Of a stretch of DNA of 64,000 nt, positions 24,409 through 37,675 are shown piece after piece. A program made the translations under genes and the position numbers. The notes under the pieces were generated by a model. It did no database searches. It had not been told where the DNA came from and saw only the letters and a list, made by a program, of their open reading frames with translations. Positions within the stretch are counted from its first letter, which is position 1, and the number at the start of each line of letters is the position of its first letter. Source of the DNA: Eledone cirrhosa (Eukaryota); the NCBI GenBank assembly GCA_964016885.1, contig OZ024744.1:29202001-29266000 (forward strand). Direction: 5' to 3'.

Positions 24409-25885
24409 TTAAAATAACAGATTAAAATTTAAGCAAAGAATCGCTGCTTTCACCTTTAACGCGATCTTCTGAAACTGTCAAAGTCAATCTGTAAACGACG
24501 CAGAAGTGAATATTTAAAAAAACGTTGCAACCGGAGGAAGACAGGAAGACGATACTTTGGTTCGTGAAAACGTTCCCTGGCAAAGAACGGGAAAAAACGA
24601 ATATAATACGTCATTATTTGGAGCGGTGAAAAACAATTACACGTAAAGACAGAACCACGTTTATGGTATAAAAGAAGTCGTAGACTAATATTCTCTTAGG
24701 TTGTTCATAGAGACGTTCTCTAGCTTGTAAACATAAATTGCACAAAACTTTCCTGTATTACAGCCACACATTATACCCTAACGGCTAGTACGATCTATAC
24801 GCGGATAATTTACGTCTTGATGTGGTAGCTAAGTATATGTTATGTTTATACCATTACTTATTTGCATAGGTAAGTATTTATTACCTGTATGTTTTGTGAA
24901 GGTACGTATACTTTCTCGTACGTATATTTTATTGTATATGTTATGGCGTATATTTTTTATATATTCTGGTACATACGCTTTTGGCTATGTGTATACGTGA
25001 GTTTTGCGTCTGTGCGAGTATGCGGGTTCGTACGTATGTAGGGTGTGTTTATATGTGTACTTCATGTTTTGGTTGACGTACGTATCCGAACATTTGTGTA
25101 TTTACATGTAGGTATGTGTGTGCGCTTGTTATATACGTATTTATTTATTCATATACGTTTATTTAATTATTTGTATACACGCACACACACACACACATTT
25201 AAATGTGCGTGTTTTTGTATATCTATGGCGAGTGTTTTCGCGTATGCTTGTGTATGTACGTATTTGGATGCGTTTATGTATTTATTTAATTTCAATTACC
25301 TCTGTATTTTATTTACTTTATTCTTAACTCTGAAGCGGAGAATCATTCGGTTCCTAGTTAGAATTTTAGTTATACCATTTAGGGTTTCCAAGGGGTGAGA
25401 CTTCGCCTCTTGGGGTGGGGTGTGTGGTGGTGTGGGGGGGGGGGGAAGTACGTCTACTGTGGCGTACCTTCTGCCGACTTCAGTTATACCATTTACGTGG
25501 TTTTGTCTTTGCGTGCAATTGTTCTCAACGCTCCACATATGACGTATTATCTTCGTTTTTTCCGTTCATTGCCAGAGAACGTCTCTATAAACCACCTAAG
25601 AGAATATTAGTCTACGACTTCTTTTATACCATAAACGTGGTTCTGTCTTTGCGTGTAATTGTTTTTCACCGCTCCAAATAATGACGTATTATATTCGTTT
25701 TTTTCCATTCTTTGCCAGGGAACGTTTCCACGAACCAAAGTATCGTCTTCCTGTCTTCCTCCGGTTGCAACTTTTTTTTAAATATTCACTTCTGCATTTA
25801 CAGATTGACTTTGTCAGTTTCAGAAGATCCCGTTAAGGGTGAAAGCAGCGATTCTTTGCTTAAACTTTAATCTGTTATTTTAATA
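24406..25885. mobile_element. Fold-back/MITE-like element with ~290-bp terminal inverted repeats
   Basis: 24406-24697 is the reverse complement of ~25590-25885. A solo partial arm sits at 24023-24150 and a partial arm duplication at 25480-25590. Confidence 0.7.
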
Positions 25886-25973
25886 AATATTTGCTCTACG
25901 GTTCTTATATATTTGATATATATTTATCCTTATCAAGCCCTCTTTGGATTTTAGTCTTCAAATTTATTATTAT

Positions 25974-26029
<56 letters not shown>

Positions 26030-26150
26030 ATACTTTGGGAGGGTCCGCACCAGATGCTTTCACTTCAATTTATTATAATAAATTTATAAATTTAGGAATT
26101 TATAAATTTCCGGTTGGTTGGTTCTACAACCAGATGGTTGTTTATATATT

Positions 26151-26193
26151 GTCAAAGTTCTTTCGTCACACATTATGTGACCTCTTCAGTGAC
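26151..26193 (-). ncRNA. Degenerate hammerhead-like motif
   Basis: gtca-CTGAAGA-g gtcaca taatg tgtgac-GAAA-gaac-TT-tgac. Stem III is not palindromic and stem I is only 4 bp. Confidence 0.45.
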
Positions 26194-26256
26194 TGGGGAT
26201 TATTTTCTTTGTTTTTTGTGCCTCTCCTTTGTTCTGTGCTACGCCATATAGTGTGT

Positions 26257-26316
<60 letters not shown>

Positions 26317-26323
26317 TATATAT

Positions 26324-26356
<33 letters not shown>

Positions 26357-26439
26357 TACACACAGCTACGTCATAATGTTATAATGCAGACAGACAGACA
26401 TACAGACAGATATTATAAGGGCGCAACGTTATATCTATG

Positions 26440-26666
26440 TATCTATCTATAAAGAGAAAGACTAAGAGTTATAGAGAGAGATCGCTAAATCGCATAATGC
26501 GGTCCGTAGGGCATTGAAAATTTGAAATAATTTTTGCTCAAAACACTCACAGGACCATAAGTATTACACGTGTAAAGTTGGAAAACAATCGGTTCTGTGG
26601 TTCTCGAGTTTTAGTGATCGGACAGACAGACAGACAGACTGACATTCTCTGTTTTAGATATATAGA
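26440..26666 (-). mobile_element. Helitron/DINE-like non-autonomous element 5' part
   Basis: The - strand begins TCtatatatctaaaacagagaatgtcag(tctg)n. No clear CTAG end. Confidence 0.35.
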
Positions 26667-26674
26667 TTATCAAA

Positions 26675-26855
26675 GGGCGGTGAATGGGCAGTATCGGTAG
26701 AAGGTCGGACATGCTTTCCAGCATAGTTACGTCCCTTTACGATCTGAATTCAAATCCTGCTGAGGTTAACTTTGCCTTTCAACCTTACAGGGTCGATAAA
26801 ATACCAGTAATGTACTGGAGTAATTGCTGGCCTTTTGCCAAAAGTAGAAACAATT
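26675..26855 (+). mobile_element. tRNA-derived SINE
   Basis: Same family; ends ccttttgccaaaagtagaaacaatt. Confidence 0.85.
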
Positions 26856-27110
26856 ATATTATAGATTATCGTCATTACCATTATTATTTGCGCGTTATCA
26901 ATGCATTACCAAGCGCAACTCTGTGCACCTTCAGTATGTGCAGTGTGTGGAGGTGTTTGTTCTATTGTATTGAGAGTAATCTTCCTAATGTGTGTGCTGC
27001 CTAGTAGTTCTATTTTTTTGTATGTTGTATATATTTGTGAGTCCTGGAGTTTTGGTTATGTTGTGTCTGCGTGCTTTATTATAATTATTGTTATTATTAT
27101 TATCATTATT

Positions 27111-27166
<56 letters not shown>

Positions 27167-27780
27167 GAGGAGACTTTGGGCGTCGACGAAAATCAACTAG
27201 CCAATCTCTTTGGAAGAACTTTCGGGCAGGGGCCTATCGACAACTCCCAGAAATCCCTGGTCTGGCAGTGCTACCGAGGAGCTTTGCCAGTTAGGGATAA
27301 ACTCTACAGGCATGGAAGTGCCGTCAGCCGGGCATGTCCAAGATGCGAGCAGAGCGAGGAAACCGTCATCCACGCACTCGTCCAGTGTCCGAGCATTGCT
27401 GACTTGTGGGTTTATGTCGAACATCTGCTGTTGCGTGTAGAACGGATCGGGCTATCAGCTGAGTCCATCGTGATGATTTCCGACCCTCCTCCTTTAGCCG
27501 GGAAGGGCAGGCAGTTTTTATCTGTCTGGTGGCCATGGCGAAAGAGATCGTGTGGTGGAAGCGTTTGAAAGGGCTGAAGACGAGCACTTACCTCTTCGGT
27601 GATGCCCTGAGTATGCACCTGTAAATTGAAGGTGAAAAATTGGGAGAGGGCTCTTCCTCTAGTGGTCAGGGTCACCGTGTCTTTTTTAATGGGCTTTCTC
27701 CACGAGTGTCCCTCGGAAGTGTCCCCCCATTTGGAAACTTTTTTTTTTTTTTTTCTTATGTCATTTCCTGTTTTTTTCAA
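27167..27780 (+). mobile_element. 5'-truncated Tx1 copy (ORF2 CCHC end + part of 3' UTR) after (ATT)n(GTT)n
   Basis: ETLGVDENQLANLFGRTFG...CPRCEQSEETVIHALVQC, near-identical to 48450-49140. Confidence 0.9.
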
Positions 27781-30700
27781 CAGTTACCTCGTTTTCAACC
27801 GTTCTAAACCTTTTATTCAAGTTTTATACTTGATAAAATTTAGAAGAAGTGACCCACCTAATACAAGAGTTCATTCGTAAATAATACGGCACTTCTAACA
27901 CAAACAACACAAACAATAACACCAACAACAACACCATCAATAACAACAGCAACAACAAAAATAACAGCGGTAAGGTCGAGAACGACAATAACAAAAATAA
28001 AAGCGGTAAGGTCGAGAACGACAATAACAAAAATAACAGCGGTAAGGTCATGAACGACAATAACAATGACAATAACAACAGCCACAACAACAATAATAGG
28101 CAGGAACAGTATCAACAAAAACAACAATAATAACAACAGCCACAATAACAGTAACAGCAGCAACAGTATCAATGAAAACAACACCAACAACTGTACCAGC
28201 GAAAAGAACAACAATGACACCGATACCTGTAATAGCGACCTCAGCACCACCAGTAAGACCAGTAGCAGCAGCAATAGTGGTGCTGCTGAAAAAGGGACCA
28301 CTTCTTTTGCAGGTGTCGCCCGAAATATAGAAACAGTGTTAGTCACAGAGGACGAGATGGCAGTCGCAAGGGCCATGGTGACAAGAAGCGCCAATGGAGT
28401 CTCCCTGAAACCTCCACCCGGTTTTTTCAAGGACCAGCAGCTACGAACGGTGACTTACCGCACCGTAAGCAAAATCTCACATCGAGTGGAGAGAGCCACG
28501 GAGGCTCAAATCCAAAAGGCCTTGGGCTGTGTCTGGGAACGCAAAACCCACATTACCCGAGGCAGAAGGTACGCCACAGTAGACGTACTTCCCCCACCAC
28601 CACCACCACCACCACCACCACCACCACACACCCCACCCCAAGAGGCGAAGTCTCACCCCTTGGAAACCCTAAAGAGTGAGGAGATAGTCTTGGTGCCCGC
28701 CTACAGGAGGCAGAAAATTGTGAGGGTCAAAGTGACCCAGGTCCCGCCCAACGTGCCCATACCTTGGGTGGCCGCGACTGTACTGGCTGAAATCGAGGAG
28801 AAGACCACCATACTGCAAATACAGAGAATGGGAAGAGAGAACTGATCAGGAATAGGCATGCAAATGCTAATACAGATTGATCAGGAGTGTATCGAGGCCA
28901 TCCCAGACATCATAGACATCGAAGAAGGACTCCAACTCCCTATAATTGTGGAAGAAAGTCGCCCAAAGTGATATCTCTGTAGGCAGAAGGGTCACCTCAG
29001 GGCCTTCTGCCCGCAGAAGATAGCCAAGAAGAGGGCGCCCTTCCTTCCGATCCGCTACTGCCAAGAGCAGGGCAGGCAACAGAGGCAGAAGACCCTTCCA
29101 TGGTGAGTAGGAGCAGTGGTGGAAACACCAATAGTCGCAGTAGCCACACTAGCGACAAAATTGCGGGCTCCGCTACCACCACCAACAACAGTGGAGCTCA
29201 TACCCCTCCCAGATGCCACGGAATCCGACAAGGGGTATGAGGTGGGAGTCAAGTGGCAAATGGTCTGCCACAAAAGCCAAAAGAGGAAAAACCCCTTAGC
29301 TTCACCCTCCAAAAGCGAAGACAGACAAAGAGGGGGAAAGGCTGCAAGGAGACTTTCAGCAACACCACCACCATCACCACCACAAGCATCACCACCAACA
29401 ACAACCACACCACCAGTATCACCAAAAAACACCAACATCGCAAACACAACAAAACACACACACCCAACGACAACAAGAAAACAGCAACTAAAACGCACCC
29501 ACTACCCACCCCAAAGTACACAGCCATAAACATGGCAAAAAAAGAACTCCTACAACATATAAAGCAGCACACAGACAACACAGAAAAAAACTACTACACT
29601 CCACCAACACCAAGAACTCTCCCGACAAACAAACATCATTGAAATCAAAATAGAACATTACAAACTTTTAAAACAAAAATTCCCCAACGCAGTTGGAGAC
29701 TTCAGAGGGTCGGTTACCAAGAGGATATACACTGACATCCTCTTGGAAACACCCATAACCAGCCAAAGGGACCGTTCTACTGTCCCTTCACCACACGATC
29801 AAGGTAAGTGACCCTTTTTCACTTGCCCCGTTTCTCATTCAACATGGCCGTACTTAGAATAGGCAGTATAAATGTACGTGGCCTGGGGTCATCTTGGAAG
29901 CAGGGTCAACTGCTCAACGACCTCAGATCACTAAACATAGATGTGGTTGCCATCAGTGAAACGAGAATCTCCGAAGCACGAGCCTTCGCACCAATCTTAG
30001 GCGGCTACGATGTATACGCATCTCCCAACCATCCAGGATTGGGGATGGGTAGCAGTGCTTTTTCGGAGAGGCTTGGATCTCGCCATACGGACCATCTTCC
30101 TGGACCCAGAAGGTAAGTCGGTGGTGCTGGACGTGACCGGCAGCGAAGGCAATGCTTTCAGGCTAGTAGCCGTCTACGCCCCAACTGGGGTAGGACGACC
30201 AGATTTCTTCAGATGTCTAGAGACCTTTCTTGGAACGTCCCGCTCTTTAGTGTTAGTGGGCGATTGGAACGGTATCTTAGATGCACGCTGGAATTATGTG
30301 GGGCTAGTAGACAGGGCAGGAGGGTGTAAAAGCCTCAGCAACCTGCTCAGACGTTTTGAACTGTCTGACAGGTATAGACTGGATTATCCGAATGTGCCAA
30401 TGTGGACATGGGAAAACCGCATCGGGTCATCCAGATCGTATTTAGATAGGGTATTCTGTAGGGAAACAGATAAGGCTTGTGTAGGTTGTCCACAATTTAA
30501 AGTAGTCGACTACACGGACCACAAATTTGTGAAATGTGAAGTTGACTTAGATTGACTCCATAGGCAATGGCCCGGCTACTGGAAGCTGAACGCGTCGTTC
30601 CCGACGCGCAAAGCTTACAGAGACCGGATTAGCGAATTAGTTAAGCGTGCGTTGACGGGTGCGATCGTCAACAACAGGTGAAAAAGGCTATTAGAGTAGA

Positions 30701-32968
30701 ATCGTTAAGGTTTAGTAAAGGAGTAGGGAGAGAGGAAAATAGAGCAGAGGGAGAGTTAGTTAGAAAGCTAGAAGAGGCGTTTAGGACAGGCATCGCAATC
30801 TACGTGTTTGCGGCGAGCTTGGCACTCGACCAATTCCTCAACGCAAAGCTTGATGGCTGCGATTTCAGAGCTAGAGCGCGTGCTCTAAGACACAAGGAGA
30901 CGAAAGACGTCAATCGGGCCGGATGGAGGAGGCGCGACGAGGTTACAAGTCTACAATTCGGTCTTTGCCTGATCAAAACCGACGCATGTTGTTCGAACCC
31001 GAACAGATGTGTGCGGCGGTCCAGATCGGAGTATGGACTTCGGTGCATACTTCGACGGACTGCCGCGGCTCACGACAACCACCGCGCATTGTTGCGAAAA
31101 GCCGATAGCAGCAGGTGAAATACAGGAAGCGATATCTGACTGCACGAGGGGTAAATCACCAGGTTTGGATGGTCTGCCCTACGAGCTGTATGCGTATATG
31201 CTAGACTTGTTCGGCGACCTCTTGGCAGATGTCTACTGCTACTGCCAGTAGAACGGGAGCATTGCCAGTTTTGTGATCCGGGGAGCGGTGGTGCTGTTGA
31301 GAAAAGACCCGAACAAAGGGGACGTTATAGACAACATCAGTCCTACAATTCTGTTAAACACAGATTTCAAGATTTTGGTCAAGATGTTAGCAACGAGATT
31401 GGCGCTTGTCATCAGTGTTCTGGTAGGAGAGGCGCAGACCTGCGCTATTCCGGACAGATTCATCCACAACAACCTCCATCTCATGCGATAGATCATAGAG
31501 AGGTGGTTGAGTAACCTGGCATGGGTGGGGCACTGATCAACTTGGATCAATCTAAAGCATTTGATAGGGTCGATCATCGGTACCTGGCTGCGGTCCTCCA
31601 GGCAGCCAGCTTCGAGCCCGTTTTTAGGGGCTGGTTCGCTGCGATGCACAGCGACATCTGCTCGATGGTGAGGGTAAATGGTCACATGTCGCAACCTTTC
31701 AGCATCATGAGCTCGGTCCGCCAGGGTTGCCCCTTCTCATCACTCTTGTACTTACTGACCCTCAAGCCGTTACTGCACAAATTGGAGACGAAGAGGTGGG
31801 TCCGACGCGTACTGGGATGCGGGATATCCGTGTCAGCTTACGCCGACGGCGTCAAGTGGTGGTGTCGAGCATCAAACACGTCCAGATGCGCGACACCACT
31901 CTCAAGGAATACGATCGGTGACAGGAGGAAAGATAAACCAGGAAAGGTCGGTGGGCTTGCAGCTCGGCACCTGGGGAGGAAAGTCCATGCGGTCCTACAG
32001 CGTCGTGGGGCGTTGGACGGACGGACCGGTTAAATTGCTCGGAGTCTGGTTTGGACCGGACCTCCAGATAGAGAAAAACTGGTGCGAAGTGACGAGCAGG
32101 GTGGCCTCCCTCACCCAGAAATGGGCCGAGAGGAGCGCCTTCTCTTCCGATTTTTATGGACAGGACGTACTCCCATGGTCACACGATCCATTTGCTGTCA
32201 ACACCCATTGCGTGGAGGACTAGGCATGCCGTGGCTGATGATGCGTAAGCATGCGCTGAGGCTGCGACATCTCTGGTGCTTCCTTGGTGGTGAACAGGTG
32301 TGGTCCCCTTTTTCCAGACGCGCTTTTCCGCAGCTCGTCTCCTTGGCGGAGCTGAAGTCCTGGAATAGGAAAAGACCAAGGGATAGCACTTGGAAGCTGG
32401 AATATGTCTCCAAGCGCTCACTGCCCTGTACAAGCTGGGCACTATTATCGGTGGGTCATACTCCTCGGCGTTCTATAGAGGGTTAGTGTAGGGAAAGAGA
32501 GACGAGGTCCTCGGGGAGATCCTGGGCGTCGAAGACGATCAGCTATTCGCTGTCTTCAAGAGAACTTTCAGCCCGGCGCCTATGGACAGCCTCAAGAAAT
32601 CCCTGGCCTGGCAGTGCTACAGGGGAGCGTTGCCGGTTTGGGATAAGCTCTACAGACACGGAGGTGCTGTCAGCTGAGCCTGTCCAAGATGCGCGCAGGG
32701 CGACGAAACCGTCCTGCACGCACTCGTTCAGTGCCCGAGGACTGCTGACTTGTTGAGCTACATCGAACAGTTGCTGTCGCGTGTAGAACCGAACCGGCTA
32801 TCATCTGAGACGGGAAGGGCAGGGAATTTGTATCTGTCTGGTGGCCATAGTGAAAGTGATAGTGTGGTGGACGCGTTTGAAAGTGTTGAAGACGAGCACT
32901 TACCTTTTCGGTGATGCCTTGATTAACTTTTTCAAATTTCATTTGACAAGGAAAATCAGTGTAGAGAG
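27781..32968 (+). mobile_element. Degenerate near-full-length Tx1 element A (ORF1 ~27900-29810; ORF2 from ATG 29844)
   Basis: ORF1 SFAGVARNIETVL..RATEAQIQKALG. APE GSINVRGL/ISET/GDWN/YTDH. RT LDQSKAFDRVDH, YADG. Many stops and frameshifts. Confidence 0.9.
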
Positions 32969-32969
32969 G

Positions 32970-35941
32970 GTTGACTTAGATAGGCTTATAGACAGGGACC
33001 CGGCTACTGGAAGCTTCACGCGTTGTTAACAGAGCGCAAGGCCTACAGACACCGGATTAGCGAACTAGTTAAGCGGGCGTTGACGAGGGCCATCGTCAAC
33101 AACAAATAGTGGTTTGCTCTGAAAAGAGCAATTAAAATAGAGTACATTAGGTTTAGTAAGGGGTTAGCAATAGAGAAAAATAGAGCTGGGGAGAAATAGT
33201 TAAAAAATTAGACGAGGCGCTTAGTAAAGGCATCGCGACCGACGTGCTTGCGGCGAAATTGGCCCTTGACCAATTCTTCAATGCAAAGCACGAATGCTGC
33301 GTTTTCAGAGCTAGGGTGCGTGCTCTCATACACGAGGGGAGGAAAGCTGTTCGATGGGCTCGAGTGGCGGAGGCGCGTAGTGGCAACAAAGCCACGATCC
33401 GGTCTATGGTGGACCACGACGGGCGCACGCTTCTCGATCCCGGGCAAGTGTGTGAAGCTTTTCAGCGTGAAGCTTTTCAGTTGTTCGGGGTAGCGGCGGG
33501 CCGGATCGATGGATGGACTTTACTGCCTACCTCGAGTGGCGGAGGCGCGTAGTGGCAACAAAGCCACGATCCGGTCTATGGTGGACCATGACGGGCGCAC
33601 GCTCCTCGATCCCGGGCAAGTGTGTGAAGCTTTTCAGTTGTTCGGGGTAGCGGCGGGACGGATAGAGGGATGGACTTTAGTGCCTACTTCGACGGACAAC
33701 CGCGGCTCTCGGCCACAGAGGCGGAATGTTGCGAAAAGCCGATAACAGCCGCTGAAGTACGGCAGGCAATGATTGGCTGCACAATGGGTAAATCGCCTGG
33801 TTTGGATGGTCTGTCCTATGAACTTTACGTACACATGCCAGACTTGTTCGGAGGCCTCTTGGCGGACGTCTACTGCAACTGGCAACAGAACGAGAGAATT
33901 CCCAGCTCTGTGAGCCGAGGAGCGGTGGAGATGCTGAGAAAGGATCCGAACAAGGGGGATAACATAGAAAATTTCAGGCCCATAACTCTGCTAAACACAG
34001 AGTTCAAGATTTTGGCCAAGCTGCTAGCAAAGAGGTTGGCGCTTGTCGTTGGTGGTCTGGTGGGAGAGGCGCAGACATGCGCCATTCCCGACAGATCCAT
34101 CCACGACAACCTCCACCTCATGCGATACATCATAGAGAGGGTAGCTAAGGAACCTGGCACGGGTGGGTCCTTGATCAATTTATATCAGTCGAAAGATTTC
34201 GATAGGGTCGACCATCGTTACCTAGCGGCAGTCCTGAGGGCGGCTGGCTTTGGGCCCTTCTTCAGAGGCTGGATCGCTGCCATGCACAGCGACATCTGCT
34301 CTGTGGTGAGAATGAACGGTCACCTTCGGAATCGTTCAACATCATGCAATCGGTCCGCCGAGGATGTCCCCTCTCGTCCCTCTTGTACGTATTGACTGCA
34401 CAAACTGGAGACGTTGAGGCGGGTCCCGCGCGAACTGGGATGTGGAAGATCCGTGTCAGCATATGCAGGCGATGTCACCGTAGTGGTGTCGAACGCCAAA
34501 CACATCGAGGTGATCGGCACTACACTAAAAGAATACGAAGCGGTAACAGGAGCAATGATCAACTAGGAAAAGTCGGTGCGCCTGCAGCTCGGCACCTGGA
34601 GAGGCAGGTCCATGCCGTCCAACAGCTTCATCGGGCGCTGGACGGACGGACCGTAAAATTGGTGACGAGGAGGGTGGCTTCTACACCCAGAAATGGGCAG
34701 AGAGGAAGCTATCCCTGAAAGGTCGAGCGGAGGTGGCGAATGCGTACATTGCGTCCGTCATCTGCTACCGCCTGACCGTCGTGCCTTGTCCTAAGCCTCG
34801 CCTGGCTACGCTGGAGCGTTTTCTCTTTCGCTTTTTGTGGAAGGGAAGTGCTCCGATGGTCAGGCGGTCCATCTGCTGTCAACACACGCTACTTGGAGGG
34901 CTGGGTATGCCGTGGCTTATGATGCGCAGACACGGGCTCAGGCTAAGACATCTCCACTTCTTCCTCGACGGTGATCAGTTTCGGTCGCCGTTTGCTAGAC
35001 GCGTATTTCCACAGCTCGTCACCTTGGCGGAACTGCAGTCCTGGGTCAAGCGAAGACCGAGCGGGAGCACTTGGAGACTAGCATGTCTTCAGGCGCTCAC
35101 AGCCCTCGACCAGTGGGGCAATGCGATCCGTGGAAACTCCACCTTGGCGTTCTATAGATGAAAATCAACTAGCCAATCGTCGACGAAAATCAACTAGCCA
35201 ATCTCTTTGGAAGGACTTTCGGGCCGGGGCCTATGGACGACTTCCAGAAATCCCTGGCCTGGCAGTGCTACCGAGGAGCTTTGCCAGTTCGGGATAAACT
35301 CTACAGGCATGGAAGTGCCGTCAGCCTGGCATGTCCGAGATGCGCGTAGGGCGACGAAATCGTCCTGCACGTACTCGTCCAGTGTCCGAGCATTACTGAC
35401 TTGTGGGTTTATGTCGAACACCTGCTGTCACGTGTATTACGGATCCGGCTATCATCTGAGTCCATCGTGACGATTGCCCCGCCCTCTTCCTGTAGCCGGG
35501 AAGGGCAGGAAGTTTTTATCTGTCTGGTGCCCATGGCGAAAGAAATAATGTGGTGGACGCGTTTGAAAGGGCTGAAGACGAGCACTTACCTCTTCGGTGA
35601 TGCCCTGATTAACTTTTTCAAATTTCATTTGAAAAGGAAAATTAGGGTAGAGAGGGAAGTACTCTCTTCCCAGCTTTTTGTTGAAGAATGGCAAGAATAT
35701 GCGCCTGTAAATTGAAGATAGAAAACTAGTGGTTAGGGTCACTGTGACTTTTTTAATGGGCTTTTTCCACGAATGTCCCTTGGAAGTCTCCCCCATATTG
35801 GGGAATTTTTTTTTGTTACATCCTCTGCTTTTATTATTTTTTTTACACGCAGAAATGCCCATTTGTACCGTCCTGTATTGTCCTGTATTGTCCTTAATGT
35901 TTTACTTTGTATCATCCCTTGTGGTTAATAAAGAAAGCATT
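32970..35941 (+). mobile_element. Degenerate Tx1 element B (ORF2 from the end of APE to the 3' end), same family as D
   Basis: High similarity to 46310-49295. Internal ~170-bp tandem duplication at 33361-33690. Ends cccttgtggttaataaagaaagcatt. Confidence 0.9.
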
Positions 35942-36065
35942 AAGGTACAGGGCCGTCTTAACGCATGGGTACGCTGGGCAGTTGCCCGGGGGCCCCACGA
36001 GGATAGGGGGCCCATGCTAATCTATGTATGTAGCGACTTGCGGTGAATTGATAAATACTATACTA

Positions 36066-36420
36066 TACAGTAAGATCTCTCTAAACCGGTCCGTCATAAA
36101 ACCGACCACCTCTCTAAAACGGTTGTTTTAATAAGTCTTGGCAAAATGGTGTTAAAATTAATATAATTTTCTTTACAAAACCGGTCACTCCTTCAAACTG
36201 TACACCGGCCACTTTTTAAAATATTTGTTATAATAAATATATTAATTATAACCTCATAACACCGGCCACAACAATAAATTTTTTTTTTATAAAAAAATTC
36301 CCTACATAATAAAAAAAATTTTAATTAGAACATTACGTTTCTGTGGCAATTGAACATCATGATACCATTACAGTTTTTTTGTTTGGTAAGATTTGAATGG
36401 CGACTCTTAGCGAATATTTG
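36066..36420 (+). mobile_element. pogo/Tigger-like terminal fragment
   Basis: ta|cagtaagatctctctaaaccggtc with repeated aaaccgg subterminal motifs. Only one end is seen. Confidence 0.4.
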
Positions 36421-36422
36421 GT

Positions 36423-37135
36423 TTAACCCTTTAATGTTCAAACCGCCCAAAATCGCCCGAAATTTTTTCCCCTTCATTTGTTCAAACCGCCCGAAATCGC
36501 TCGAAAACACCCACACTAAAACATCGTTCTAAAAATAAACAAACCATCATCAAAATCTCGTCAATTCGAGACTGCTGCGAGATTTAGGCCCTTACCGCGA
36601 AAATTAACACTTAATATAGTGAAACAAGTTAAAACAACAAGTGTTTTTTTAACTTTGAAAGCCCAACAAATTTTTTTTTTGTATCAACATGGCTTATGAA
36701 AGTAGCGATACCGACTTTAAACACACGACGACATTCAGAATAAACAAGAAACAAACGATAATATCTTCAAATGAATGTTTATATTTCTGAAATTTCGTCC
36801 GACGATGATTGTTTTGAAAGTGAAAACGAAGGAGATCTCCAGGACGCCATTGAAAATATTACAGCAACGTGTTTGAAAAATACTAATGTTCCCGATTTTA
36901 TTCAAATTACTGGTCCACAACACACATTAGCTCCCGATGCTAAAGCACTGGATTATTTCTTTTTGTTTTTACCACAAACTTTCTTCGAAGTTGTGGCAGA
37001 AGAGATTAATCGATATGCCCAACAACAGATTTCAAATCAAGGAAAACCCGATCTGTTTGGCGTCCGACAGATGCTGCGGAAATGCAAGCATTTTTTGCCG
37101 TAAATATTATATTCGGTATAAAACAATTTCCAAGA
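36423..37135 (+). mobile_element. piggyBac 5' end and transposase N-terminal remnant
   Basis: TTAA|CCCT start. ALDYFFLFLPQTFFEVVAEEINRYAQQ, then frameshifted WRPTDAAEMQAFFAVNIIFGI (PGBD-type). Confidence 0.75.
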
Positions 37136-37675
37136 CTGTGGAGGAGAACGTTCATTTTCAAGACAGAGACTTATAAAAAATCAGCTTCGCAGCATAATGG
37201 GGTAGCAGCGTTTGAACTGGCTTTCACTCATGTGTATGGAAAATGAAATCCTGAAAACCATTGACTTCAAGCCATTTATAAAGCAATTCTCTTCAAAGAA
37301 ATTTTGCAAATATTTGTATTGACCACCTGATTATTAATAAATAGTTCATCGTAATTTGATACTGCGCGATCTGTATGCTTTACGAATTGAATATCATCTG
37401 TGCTGATTTTTTTGTGTTTTTCAAGGCTCATGTTATATTGTTCAAACGTTTGTGTTAATTAATCTTTGATGTACCACATGTTTTTAATGTATAAACACTG
37501 ATTTCGTTGGAAATACCAATACAATGAATATATCTTTAATTATATTGATCATTTGTATTTTTATTCCTGTGAGTGGTTGTGAAGGTAGGGGCCCCAGTGC
37601 TCAGCTTTGTCCGGGGGGGGGGGCTATAATGCTGTTAAAATGGCCTGTGTCCGGGGGGGGTGCCTATAATGCTGT

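Larger units (their letters stand above)
35948..37647 (+). mobile_element. Deleted hAT transposon with nested inserts
   Basis: Imperfect TIRs cagggccgtcttaac / gttaaaatggcctg. 37143-37300 translates GERSFSRQRLIKNQLRSIMG*QRLNWLSLMCMENE (hAT dimerisation motif). Confidence 0.7.
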
